From: Leidyana gryllorum EB-2025a
Lineage: Eukaryota; Protista; Apicomplexa
Direction of reading: 5' to 3'
Assembly: GCA_048772705.1 (NCBI GenBank)
Contig: JBLWGC010000121.1
Span: 1-64,000, forward strand
Length of the DNA: 64,000 bases
Shown: piece by piece, positions 12,301-24,375 of the stretch
How the letters are laid out: each line of letters begins with the position of its first letter
How positions within the stretch are numbered: the first letter of the stretch is position 1
The notes under the pieces: generated by a model
Seen by the model: only the letters and a program-made list of their open reading frames with translations
Database searches by the model: none
Told to the model about the DNA's origin: nothing
Made by a program: the position numbers and the translations under genes

Positions 12301-13024
12301 TGAATGCTGTCCGGGACGTTCTCAGCGTTTATAAAGGCAAAGTCTACCCATCCGTCCTGGCCAAAGAGAGAGAGAGCGTTTGGAGTTTGAACGCGCACGC
12401 GCGCCAAGTCCCAACCTTTATGAACTGCTGCATACGCGGACGCTGGCGACACGTGTCGATGTTACCCATCGCGACATCTGTGAAGAGCACCACAAACGGT
12501 TGTTGGGGGAAGTTTAGTGCATCCATTATCGGCTGCGGGCAACGCGTGTGTGTGTGTGTCTCGAGTCGGAAGACGAGGATATACCTTGAATTTGAGCAGG
12601 AAGCGGGTCAGCAGATACGTGAAGCGGCCGTGGCCGGCTCCGAGTTCCAAAATGTAGATGGGCCCTCGTTCCTGTGTGTGCGACGTTGGTTACGTACGAC
12701 ATGTCGGTCAACTAGATATTGTCCGCAAGGGCACATACCTCGGGGTGCGTGGCGAAGAAGTCCTTCATGTACTCAAAGATGAGCGTCGCATAGTCGCGGC
12801 ATAGCCGAGCGTTCGAAGAGATGAACAGCGGCACTTGGTTTGTAGACCAAGCGTCAGCAGCCATCTAATAGGATTACAAAGATAAGTGGTATGTGGCATA
12901 CCTCCTCATAGTAACGGACCAGCCAACGCCATATTATGGACTGTTCGAGGGTACGGTCTTTCTCTACGACGTATTTGGAGGCTGGATCGACCTCCAGCCG
13001 CGCCTCCCCGTGGACTTGAGCCAT
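9343..13024 (-). CDS. Multidomain protein: class I SAM-dependent methyltransferase-like domain, TPR-like helices and a Gfo/Idh/MocA-type oxidoreductase domain, multi-exon
   Basis: Exons give SIIWRWLVRYYEE, AWSTNQVPLFISSN, PIYILELGAGHGRF (motif I), LFTDVAMGNI, VIGNYVLDSL, ILGDK and HGTVSFGCNFHAL. Helical TPR-like segments follow, then KIALVGCG...VVGIFD, FVLSEKS and FIGTEG. The 3' exons are less certain. Confidence 0.7.
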
Positions 13025-13072
13025 TGATAATTTTTGAGCGGTCGCATGGTACGTGCGTGGGGTATGTGAACA

Positions 13073-16000
13073 ATGAGAAAAGCACCCACTTCAGAGGTGC
13101 AATCGGCCGTCCAGGCCGTGTCTACAAAGGTTTCCTTCAAATCAGCGTACTTCTTCAGTATTCAGGCACTCACTTCTCTTTGTGACCCTTCGACTGGTGC
13201 TTTCGGTACAAATGCAATTGCTGCACTCAATCTTGGTGTTCTTCCCAAATTGGCTCCTGCCTTAGAGAAATTCGCCGACGATGAGCAAATACCGCGCTCC
13301 GTTCTGCGTATATTTGCTTCTATCACTTATCAACTTGCCGAAGATGGCAGTGAAGATGAAGTCAACACATTCCTAAGCGACAAAGGCTATTCTTCCACTT
13401 GTGCTTGGCTACAAGCAGTAGACGCCACCAACTGTTCTCCAGTCTCTCTTCAATTAGCTCTTAGCATTATCGCCAACCTCCAGAAAGCAGGAGCCGACCT
13501 CGAGACCTCCGTGAGTACTCACAGCCACACACCATTTCACACACACACACACACAGCAATTGGCACCCTCCCTGATATCCAAAATCAGTCCCAAGTTACC
13601 GGCGGTCTTAGCCTCTGATATTCTGAGTGTGGCTCTTCCGGCTTGTGACAATGCTGATGGACTGCGACAGGTTGGAGACTCCGGGGGGTGCTCCACCTTG
13701 TTGACCTATCTCGCCAGTCTCCACACTACAGCTGGTGTCGATGCTACCAGCCAGCTCGATGCTGTCCGTCGGGGTCTCCCTATTGTTGAGAAACTCACCA
13801 AAGAGGGTTACTGTCAGAGCACTGACTTACCGGCGGTGGTTCAGCTTGCAGAGATTTACAAGTCTGAGCCCGCCATCAAGGAGGTGAGTTGCATGCTCCA
13901 CCCAAAGCCAACTAAACGCCCGCCCCCGTTCCGTAGCGCATTATAGCTATCCTCTCCCGCGTATACACAGTTGATCAACTCACCAGTTGTCTCAGTACGC
14001 TGCAAGATGCTCCTATGGGCAGCCCCGAGCACAAACAGGCTCTGCAAATGCTGGTGCCCATGTCTTACATCACCCACTTTGCCGATACTGTAGTGCAGCA
14101 CAACGGTGTTCCATTACTCATCAATGCCATAGAGCGCTGCGCTGCCGCCATCGAGGCCGGTGAAGCCACCCCCGATTTAATCAAAGCCATGTCGGGCGCC
14201 TGTAAGATGCTCGGGACCATTGCCAACAGTGCCGAGTATCAACCAGCCGTCGTCGAGGCTGGCGGACTTGAGGTAAGTACTGATCTGATCGTGTGAGACT
14301 CGGGAAGGGGGAGACATTGTGACACTGTCACACACAGGGCTCTCCCCCTCACTCCGGCTACTTGGACACAGTTTTTGTTTCAGGCGGCTGTGGATGCTTC
14401 TCGAGCAGCGCAGAAGAGTCCGGAGGCATTGGCCGCGTGTTGCGCTCTGTTGGGACCATTGGTGGCGTCTCAATCGGGTGCTGAGCAATTTCTGGGATCT
14501 GACGGTTTGGAGACATTGAGTAAAGCTGTGATGAACTTCCCGGACAAAGAGGAATTGGTGATGCCGGTGGCTCGGGTGTGGAACCAATTGGCAAAGAACG
14601 CGTTCGCGTGTGACTATATGGCCGAGAATGGGATATATCAGACGGCGGAGAAGGCATTGCAGTCTCAAAGCCAGGCTTTGGTGATTATCACTATTATCAC
14701 ATTCTTACGGACAATGGCCGAGAATGCTTCTGATGCGGGTGACCCGAGCACTCTGATCGAATTGTTACAGCGCAATGTCAATGACAGCTGGAAGAACGAA
14801 CTGAGTGTGGTTGTGGCCGTGGCTAATTGTGTGGCAACAATGTGTCAGAATCCCAATAGTGAACAGCTGGTGGCCAGGGCGGGAGCCACCGAAGTGCTGC
14901 TGGACTGTATCGCGTTGGTGGGGCCCGAGTGCGAGGCGACCGCTGTCAAAGGTCTGAGACGGGTGGCCACCGGCGACGACGTGCAGAAGGCTGTGGCCCG
15001 GTCTGACCGCAGTCTGCAGGATGTGCAGAAGAAACCACAGCAAGCCGTTCAGGACTTGAGACGTCTGGCGGCTCTGACCAAATGTCCCAATCTGTACGGC
15101 AGCTTCCACAGTGCGGGTGTCAGCCGCAACATGTTGGAGAAGTGCAAAACGTTAATGTCGGGAAAGACATTCCCGGGTCGGGAGGAAGTGATAGCGGAGA
15201 GCATTTCCGTACTGATGGGTGTCGAAAGCGCCGGGACCGATTCAATAGGGCAGCCTCTACGGGAGCTATTGGAGTTCGCGGCCATCGACGCTTTCAAAAC
15301 AGATCCAGCCAGCCTCCCTTCGGTATTGGAACACGCGAAAGCTTTGGCCCACACTCAACGTTGGGCCGAGAGCGAGACGCGAGCGCTCATCGATCCCGTT
15401 CTGGAGATCATGAAGAAACACCCCGAGAACCGGAGAGTCAATATTTGCTGTCTGCAGCTGTTGACAGAGTTCGCGCGATCGCATCAGAACAAAGGCGGCC
15501 AGCTGTGTCTGAGTGCCAATGCTCACGTGACCGCTTTGAATTACGCTCAGAAAGTTCGGATGTTCGAAGACGTCCAGTTAGCCACGTTTCAATTCCTCGA
15601 TTCTCTCTTGAAGGAGGGCGAAGCCGTCGCTGCAATTCTGCGTGCCGCCGGAGCCGTTGAGGCCGTTCGGACGGCGCAGACCGCCCACGGGAAATCGGCT
15701 TCTCTCAAAGGCGTTCTCTCGAGTGTGGCAGCCAAACTGATGCCCGCTGGCTACATGGAGGAGCAGATGAGGGAAGATCTCAAGAATCTGAAGCGAAACA
15801 CTGAGGCAAAGACGTTTGCCAAAGGGCTCGACTCCTTGTCGGCCGTCGCAGCCCACGTCTCCACTCAGGAAGGTTCGCGTTTGGCCGTCAAGTTGTCGGT
15901 GGGAGCCGTGATGACTCAAGTCTGTGAGGCTACAGTCCGCGAAATGCCTTCTGGTGCCATGAAGGATAGTTACATTGCAAACGTGGGGCGTGTGAGCAAA

Positions 16001-19000
16001 GAGATCACTCGCAGCAATATCGGTGCCCGTAGCGCGGCCAAGATGGGGCTGGGCGGGGCTCTCAGTGAGTTTGTCACTGAGCTCTGCTCCGAGCCCGTCG
16101 CCTACCGCGAGCCCATCAACCACGCGCTCCAGGCAATCCAAGCGATGTCTCGAAGTGCCGATATGGATATGTCGATTGCGGCAATGGCTCCCGTTCTCTG
16201 TGCCTTTATGATGGCCAATATGAACAATCTCGAAGCTCTCAGCCGTGCGAGTGAGACACTGATTTCGTCGTCCACTGAGAAGCTCGTCAAGGAGACGGCG
16301 TTCACAGAAGTCTGCGACCAGTTACTCGCCCAACTGGGGAGTTCCGATCGCAACGAGGTCGAAGCCGCGGCTGAGGCTCTCACCATTCTCAGCAAAGATA
16401 TCCGCTGTCTCCGACTGCTGACTGAGAAGAATATCGAGGCTGCGGCCTTCGATGCTCTCGGCCGCTTCCCACAGAGTGCCGCCTGCTGTACTCTGTTGGA
16501 GGCGGTGACTCGGGACAATCCGACTTTGGCCGACTTGGGCCAAGAGAGACTGGACGCGAGAATTAAGTTTCTGTGCGGAGTCATTGACGGCAGCACCGGG
16601 AACGCACAACAAATGGCTTCGCTTCTGTGCACTCTGAAGGGATACGTGTTGGCCGTTCAGGACAAAAACTCTTTGATGGGCAACACCTATCTGTTGGGAG
16701 CCCTCCGGAAAGGCCGAGACGTGGCTGGGGGCACTTCGAGCGAAGCCCGCGAAGCCATTGGGTCGATAATGGAACTGTTGGGAGGCAGTCAGGCGTGTCA
16801 AGTGCTGTTGGGTCAGATGGTGGAGTTGTGCGAGTCGCAACCCGACCATTATGACGTTCCTCTGGCGACGATCTGCGGAGATCTCTCGGTGCATTTCCAG
16901 GGCCGAGTGAGAGATAAGGAGAATGTGTATCGGCAATTGCCGAAAAGTTTCGCCGCTTTGAGTGCAGCGCTGCAGAACGGTAAACTCAGCAACACACCAT
17001 TGGTTGCTGAGGCCATCGGGTTTGTGAATGCGACTTTACGTCAGGCGCCGTCTCCCGACCACCCGGTGTTCATTGCCGCCGCCCAACACTTTGGGGACGT
17101 CATGTCGGCCGCGATTGCAGAGCCCGACAATCACGGACTGCAGAAGGACCCCAACAGTATCATTCAGATCTTTGAGTTACAGACCCATTTGCTCAAAAAT
17201 CCCGCGACTCGTAGAACCGCTCTTCAGTGGATGAATAGAGACAAAGGGTTCCTGTTGGCGTACCAATTGGCTCAGAAACACGATGACAACCCGAAACTCG
17301 TCGTCGCACTGCGTCAATATATGGCCGCTGTCGCCTCTGACAAAGAGGGTATGGCTTTGGGAGAAGCCCAACTCAGAAGCGAGAAATACAATGTGAACGC
17401 GCTGATCGATGGGAGTCTGGACGTCGATATGAACAGTGTGTGGGCTCGATTTGGGACCGGCGCTATGGGTTTCTTGGCCGCTATGATGACCTCAGGATCA
17501 CCCGAGACGGAGAAAATATTGAAATCTCCCGGATTTGCTGACCGCATCGAAGCTGTTGGCAATTTGTCTCCCGTCCATTTGGTCGGGGCCATCGGCGCTT
17601 TGGCACGACTGGCGTCCAAGATGCCGGGCCAAAACGCCGATTCTCTCCGGGAGAACACCGAGAAGCTCCGATCCCATCTCGAAGGCAAAGATTTGAACCC
17701 TCGCGACCGTAAGGAGGTTCTGGACCAAATGCTTTGGACTATGGAAGACTGCTCAATGGATCCGGCAGCCAGAGCGGCTTTGCTCAAATGCGGTTTCTAT
17801 GACGTCTTCACAGAAGCTGTGGTCACCAACGGCGTGGACCCCGCGTTTGTCAATTCCTCCTGCCCCATCCTGAGTCGTGTGGCCGACAACGATGAGTTGG
17901 CCGCCAAGTTTAGTCGCGGAGTGCTTCCCGCCTATATGGAGACGGCCACAAAGTCTCGGAACCCTGAGACCATTCAGACAGTCCTCGAGCTGATGAACTT
18001 TATGGCTCTCCATCCCGGGACGGCCCATCAGGTCTCAAAGACCAAAGGACATCACGACTTTCTCGTTGTGGCAGAGAGAATGGCTTCTCAGAATCCGGCC
18101 ATCGCAGTGACTCTCGACCAATGGAAACACAACTTGGAGACCGATCAGCCCCAATTACTCACTCTCCGCAAAGTATTGCAGCTGTGGCTCGAAGAGAAGA
18201 ATAAGAAAGTCGCCCTCATTGTCAATCAGGTGAGCCGTCTTCACTAATCTGCCGCCAATCCATTCCTTCTCAGTGCCCCATTGTCGACCTCCACCTAGAA
18301 TTTGTGTTCGAGTACACAGCAATGTACGCAGCGATCCCGATTGGTGATCGGGAGGGAGAGATTGCTGATGAGCTTCAGGCCGGAATGGACTGTCTGAGAC
18401 TGTTGCACGAACACCCGCAGAACACTGAAGTGTGTTGTGAGCGCGAAGAAGAGCTGTTGCTTCTGGAGGGTCTTCAGAAACAGCCATTGGCTGTCCCCTG
18501 TCAATGGGTTGTGGAAGCCGCTCGTGACGCCTGCCGTCACGATTTGTTGGCAAAACAGTTCGCCTTGGGGCCCAAAGCGCGAGAGACTGTGGTTTTGGTG
18601 CTGAATGAGGGTGTGTCTTTGAGCCCGGCTGACTGTCAGGATGAGGACACTCCGGAGAATATGGCGTTGCTGAGACTCGATCTGTTCCGACTGACTGTTC
18701 AGGATCGATCCTTCTACAACGGGACGAAAGCTTTTGAGATTCTGCTCAAATATTGGGAAGAGTGTGACAATGGAAAGTTCAACGTCGAGGTGCTCAGACT
18801 GGTGTTCCGCGGTCTCAGAGCCATTGTCAATCAGTACTGGATGCAGGAAATTCTCGCCCACAAAGTGTTGGAACGATTGGTCGAAAAGGTCAATGACACC
18901 AGCAGTGACATCCGAATGCTTCCGGATGTGTTCTTCCTGATCGGCTCTTTGGCCTCTATCCCGCAATTAAAGGACGCGTTGGGCCAACTTGGCGCCGTGG

Positions 19001-21270
19001 AGGCGTGTCAGAACTTTGTGAACAGAGAGCGACCGAATCTAAACCGCGGAGTCCAAGAGAGAGACGTGGCCCCGGCATTGACAAATGCGCTCTTGTCGCT
19101 CGGCACTCTCTGTGCGTTCCACGTGGACAACACTAAACGTTTCTGCGATATGAAAGGACTCGAGGTGTCGGTCGAAATTATGTCAGAGTCAATGACTGAC
19201 AGAACAGAGTACGATGTCGCCAATGCCGCGGCGGTGGTCCTCTGCAATGTCAGTTTCCGTCGCGATGACATGAAGGAGGCCTACGGGAAACTCAAAGCTC
19301 CGGAGGCCATCATGGAGACTGTCGGGAAGTATAACGGCGCGCAGAGCCCAGACGCGTTCAGATGTCTGAGCAGTATGTTCAAAGCCATCGGGAATCTGAG
19401 TTTGTACACTCCCAATGTGTCTATGTTTCTGGATGGAGGGATAGCGCAAATGATGGAACAGTTCTTCAAACAGTCTCATCATATGCCCGATCAGCTGATC
19501 GAGACGGCGTCTCGGTGTCTGACGAATTTAGTGATGGAGAACACCACAGAGTTTATGGAACAGTTCGGTGTGGTTATAGAGCCTCTCATCAACACTCTCG
19601 CGGAACGGTCTCAGAACACTGCGAGCGATATGTTTGGATTTGGACTGCAGGCATTGGCCGCACTGTCGCGTCACCAGAGGAACGCTGAAGACGTTATTGT
19701 GCTAAAAGGTGTCAAAATGGTGACCACTGTGGCCAAGTGTGATGGCAGTCGAACAGTTCACGTTCCCGCTATCAATATCATTGCCACCATTGCAAATCAG
19801 GAGGGACTGCACGGATCACTTATCGATCAGGGAGCTCTGAATCTGATTATTGACACACTGCAACAGGAGATCAACAGTGACGAAGTGTCATCAGATCTGA
19901 GTGTCAGTACTCTGGTGTGTCTCCGCAGACTGCTAAAGGATCAACGGGCGGGTGAAGAGTTTATATCGGCGCAGGGCGTCTCGGCTGTCATTTCCGTTCT
20001 CAAAAAGGCCACCACAATGCAGACGGTGCAGATAGAAGGGTTCCGGGCTATCTTTGCTCTCCTAAATCTGTTCCCGCCTCCGGTGGTCGAGGACACCGAG
20101 TCTGACTGGGACGACGCCCCCGTGCCGGATGAAGGGTTCAGCCCGCTCGTTTACCAAATTCAGCGACCTCCGGGCCCACGCAGCTGGGAATCCTGTGAGA
20201 TGTCTCCTGACCAAATAGTCGGGATCATCACGGCCGCCTGCAATGCCATCGCCGAGGAGAGCGCCCACAAACACATCAAACTCCAGCGGATACTTCTGGC
20301 CATCTTGGCCTACTTTGCCGCCGAGAAACCACGAGACACTATGGAGGCCTATTTCACCGCCAATTACTTCAATAACGTTATTGCCCTCATGGATCTCTAC
20401 CGAGACAACGGCACAATGATGTCATTGGTCTCCGAAACCACAGCCAATGTAGCGGTGGTCAGTGAAGAAGAGACCTTTGCCACACTCAAAGACAACGAAG
20501 CCTTCATCAACGCCTGCCACAGAGTTGAAAAGGCACTTCAGAGACCCTGGAAACACGTTAGGAAAGACTTTAGACAGATCGCAGACCTCTTAGCTTGTGA
20601 GCAGTGTGGCACACACACACACTTTTTCGCCTCATGTTGTCTTTTAACGCAGATGACGGGACTCAGCGGGACTTTTTGAAGCTCGCAGATTGGAACTTTG
20701 ACATTGAGCGATCGCAATGGTCGATGGATAAGTATCCGAATGGAGTTCAAGATTTGGCAGCCGACATCAAAGAGGGTCTTCGATTGGGTGGACAGTGTCA
20801 CAGGATCACCGAGAAGAATCCGGCGGGAGATGCAATGCTTTGGAAGTCATCTCAAGATTTATCGTAAGTGTCTCGGCCCCCTTTGCGCGGCGTCTGCCCA
20901 TATCTCTCCCTTTTTCCAGCCGTCTCCAATGGCACATGGGCACCTCGCCTCCGCTTGGGAACTTCCAGAACCAAATGTTTATCGGGCGGGCGCGATCCAT
21001 CACTGCCGGGCTGCGAAGCACAGTGTTGGTTCAGGCGCACAAAGCCCGCAGAAGTGAGTGCAGCGCCTTTTTTCAGCGTCTCGAACAATCTCATCAGTGT
21101 CTGTCACAGGGACTGTTCCAGAGTCGCAGGTGCTGACGATCAACGGTCCCGTGACCGAGGACGAGCCGCAGGGACTCCAGCTGAACCTCAAGTTTAAGAG
21201 TCGAAGTGAGCGCGACAAAGTGCTGATGTGGTTGCGGGAATGGAGGGAGGCCGACACATACAGCTTCTAG
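13073..21270 (+). CDS. GAC: Glideosome-associated connector (giant armadillo/HEAT-repeat protein with a C-terminal PH domain), about 2600 aa, about 8 exons
   Basis: About 2.5 kaa of ARM-like helical repeats (ORFs 13073, 13560, 14015, 14375, 18304) are joined by short introns. The protein ends in a PH-like domain (...LNLKFKSRSERDKVLMWLREWREADTYSF). Size and architecture match apicomplexan GAC. Confidence 0.85.
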
Positions 21271-21421
21271 GGCGACAGAGAAGGAGAGAAGGATCGGAGA
21301 GGAGAGGAGAGACAGTACATTGTCGTCGTCGTCTTCGTCGTCGTGAGAGTGCTCTGCGGTCGTCGTCGTCGTCGTCGTCAGAAGAAGAAGAATACTTTGT
21401 TGTGGCCGATTGTCTTCCGGT

Positions 21422-23619
21422 CTATTCTGGTTTTGAGTGTATGAAGGCCAGCAAGCCACAGGGGTTTTGGTGTTCAGCAGCTGCCCCCTCTTCACTGCCT
21501 GTGGTGAGTGTTTCTTGTGGCTGAGTATATCGTGTGATGAAAGAGTCGTTCCAGATGCTGCTGGACAAGAAGGCAACCCGCAGAACTCGCCATTGATTCA
21601 TACAGGAAGCCAACAAGCGATACTCTGCTTCAACGCCATAAGCGGGATCTCGGTCCATAGCCATTTTCCCCTGGTAATCCAAATATCGCTGTTGAATTTT
21701 CTCTGTAACGGACGCCTTATCAAAGTCCGCCGGTAAGGGAGTGTCCAAATAAAACTCCTCTCGCATTTCGGTCATCGGCAACGGCTCAATCTTTGTAGTG
21801 TCCTGTTGCAGAACAGCTCTGATTGACGGCAGCCCCTCCGAATTGAAACGGGCCAACCGGTTACACATCCCCTCCGGGATCTTCGCCCTCGCCGCTATCG
21901 GCGGTTCCGCCATTGCGTTCTCATTGCTGGTCCCCGGCCATCGCGTGGACGCGGGGAACTTGAGCCCTTCGTACTTGCCGATGGTGTCTGTGACTTCCTC
22001 AAACAGCCAATTAGCCGTGGATTGAGCGTCGAGTCCGTTACCCATTGAGAACACATCCACCAATGCGTTCAATGTCTTCCGATAGATTCGAGGGATAGAT
22101 GGATTGATCTTCTCGGCCCATTTACTCAGAAAACACACCTCGTCAGCCCGCTGTGGCCACTCACAATGAACTTTCAGAGCCATACAGATCATCTGCGCAG
22201 ACAGACACAGCATTTCCGGCACCGCTTCGTAAATCTCAATAAACGCCACCGGGTCGTCCTGAGCGTGCTGCAGAAGAATCAGCGCCGATGCATCCAGTGG
22301 GGCGGCTGTTGACGAGCCCTTCCCCCCAACCGTAACACCACTCTCTTTCTCCTTTTCTTTGTGCTTCTTATCCTCCTTCTCTTTCTCTTTCTCCTTCTCT
22401 TTTTCTCGCTGCTCGTTCTTATCTTTAGTCCGCAGCAGCCGTCGTCGGTACAATTGAGCCAATTTACGCACCTCCTCGAGACGGGCAGCAAAAGAGTCCG
22501 TCAGATTCAGGTGATGAAGGTGTTTCTCCGCCTGTTTCTGTCGCCGACGCAAAGCTCTGTCCTCGTCGTCTTCGTCCTCCTCCCCCTCTTCCCTCTCCTC
22601 ATCGTCCTCAATGTCCGAAGACCGGATCGCCTCCGGCCCCTCCAACAAACACTGAGACACATACTGCGGGGGCGGTGAAGAGAACTGCTGCAGACCGTCA
22701 CTTACCTCCGGGGGGTCCTGAACGAAGCGATTGACTTTGACAAAGAGCAAAAAGTCGCTGAAACTCAGAGAGGGCGCTGGGAGTCCCAGCTGTTCTCGGA
22801 ACTTTAGTGTGCGCTCCCACAGAGTACTGTATCCCTTCTCGGCGTGACGCGTTATGGGATATATGGGCAAAGCTTTGACCACTGTTGGGGCTTCGCGTCC
22901 TCGACACTTATTGGCAACTGGGAGACGTTAATCGATGTGTGACAGTTCCAGTTTCTCCTCTCTTTCGACTTACTGCCGTCAAAGTTGGCCGGAAGGCTGA
23001 GGAAGGCTAAGAATCGAGCGCGAGCGCCCCACTTTGCGAACCATTCGGTCCCTTGGAGGGTTTGAAGGATCCGAACGACCACTGAGACTGTGACCGCTCG
23101 GGCGATGAGTAGCGGTTTGGAGGTGGCCTCGGTGGCTTCGGCAATCATCATATCTCGAAGCAATGTGAGGTTTTGGTGCAGAATGCAGACACAGGCCGCA
23201 GCATCGGCGGCTGTGAGTATATCGACAACTTGGCTGAGGAATTCGACCACATCGGCCACAGTGAGGTCCAACACTTTCGATGGGAAAGCCGCAATGAGGA
23301 GACGCAGGAAACGAGTCGCTCTCCATCCCACAAGAGAGAGGGCGTGATTCAAGTCTTGCGGTAAGTCCAAATCGGGGACGACATCGGCCATCGCCGACTC
23401 TGACTCTGTCCAGCCATTACGTACCCAATCGACTCCGGCTTGGACAAAAAGAGTGCGGTTTAGGCCTTCGAGGGCGTTTAGTTGGTCAACAACGGTTTCA
23501 ACAGTGACAAATTCGAGTTTCAAATCGACCTGTTTGGAAGCAGTGTAAGAAGTGTCTTCTGCACTCGGGAGAATCCGAGAGAGGGCTTTCACCGCGGCGA
23601 GAATTGGCCCTGATGTCAT
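21422..23619 (-). CDS. Hypothetical helical protein with acidic and KE-repeat tracts, at least 2 exons
   Basis: Adjacent long ORFs 22852-23619 and 21422-22882. No family recognised. Confidence 0.6.
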
Positions 23620-23705
23620 CTATGTGTGTCTGTTGCCCAATACTTTTTTGCCCGTCAGAGTGTGGGGGAGAGAGAGAGTTCACAGCAAAGTTTGGAACGC
23701 ACAAT

Positions 23706-24352
23706 GTATGGGACTATCTATGAAGGCGATGCCTCGCCGGTGGCGCTGCTGCCAGTGAGGGTGGCGGCTCGGATAAGCTCGACAGCAGCAGCTTCGTCAA
23801 GGGTGGTGACTACGGTGTCACGTCGGGAAGCGTCGTCTTCCTCGTCATATGTTGGCAGCACAATGGGCGGCTGACCTGATGCTGATTTCCGTGTCTCGGC
23901 TGAAGAGAGACAACAGCACAAGTGATGGTACAACCAACCACTTATGCTCCCCATCTTGTTCTCGCACACAGACTTTTAAATTTGTGGTGCACCAGGTCGG
24001 TACTATGGTTGTTCATTGTGCCAGAAATTCCCTTATGCCATGCATGAGGGGGAGCCTCCCTCCAGCCCCCTCTCAGCGACCAGTCTATGACAGAGAGTAT
24101 CAGATCAGACAGAGAGAGTGGAAGAATTTGGCCGTCCTCATGGCAGATGTGTGCAAACGCATCCAGAAACAAACCCGCGATCTCAAACAGCGACTCATAG
24201 AAGAACAAAACAGCGTCATACAACCCCAACAACAACTCACATCCTCCTCCTCGGACGACTACTGGTCCAGCTCCTCCCTTCTAGCAAACAATCAAGACGG
24301 CTTGGTGGTCACTCGACACACACTACCTGATAGCGCACCCCCACAAACTTGA
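23706..24352 (+). CDS. Hypothetical small coiled-coil protein
   Basis: ORF 23849-24352 has a coiled-coil-like segment. The 5' exon is only guessed. Confidence 0.3.
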
Positions 24353-24375
24353 AACACCCTCAAAAAAACCTCAGA

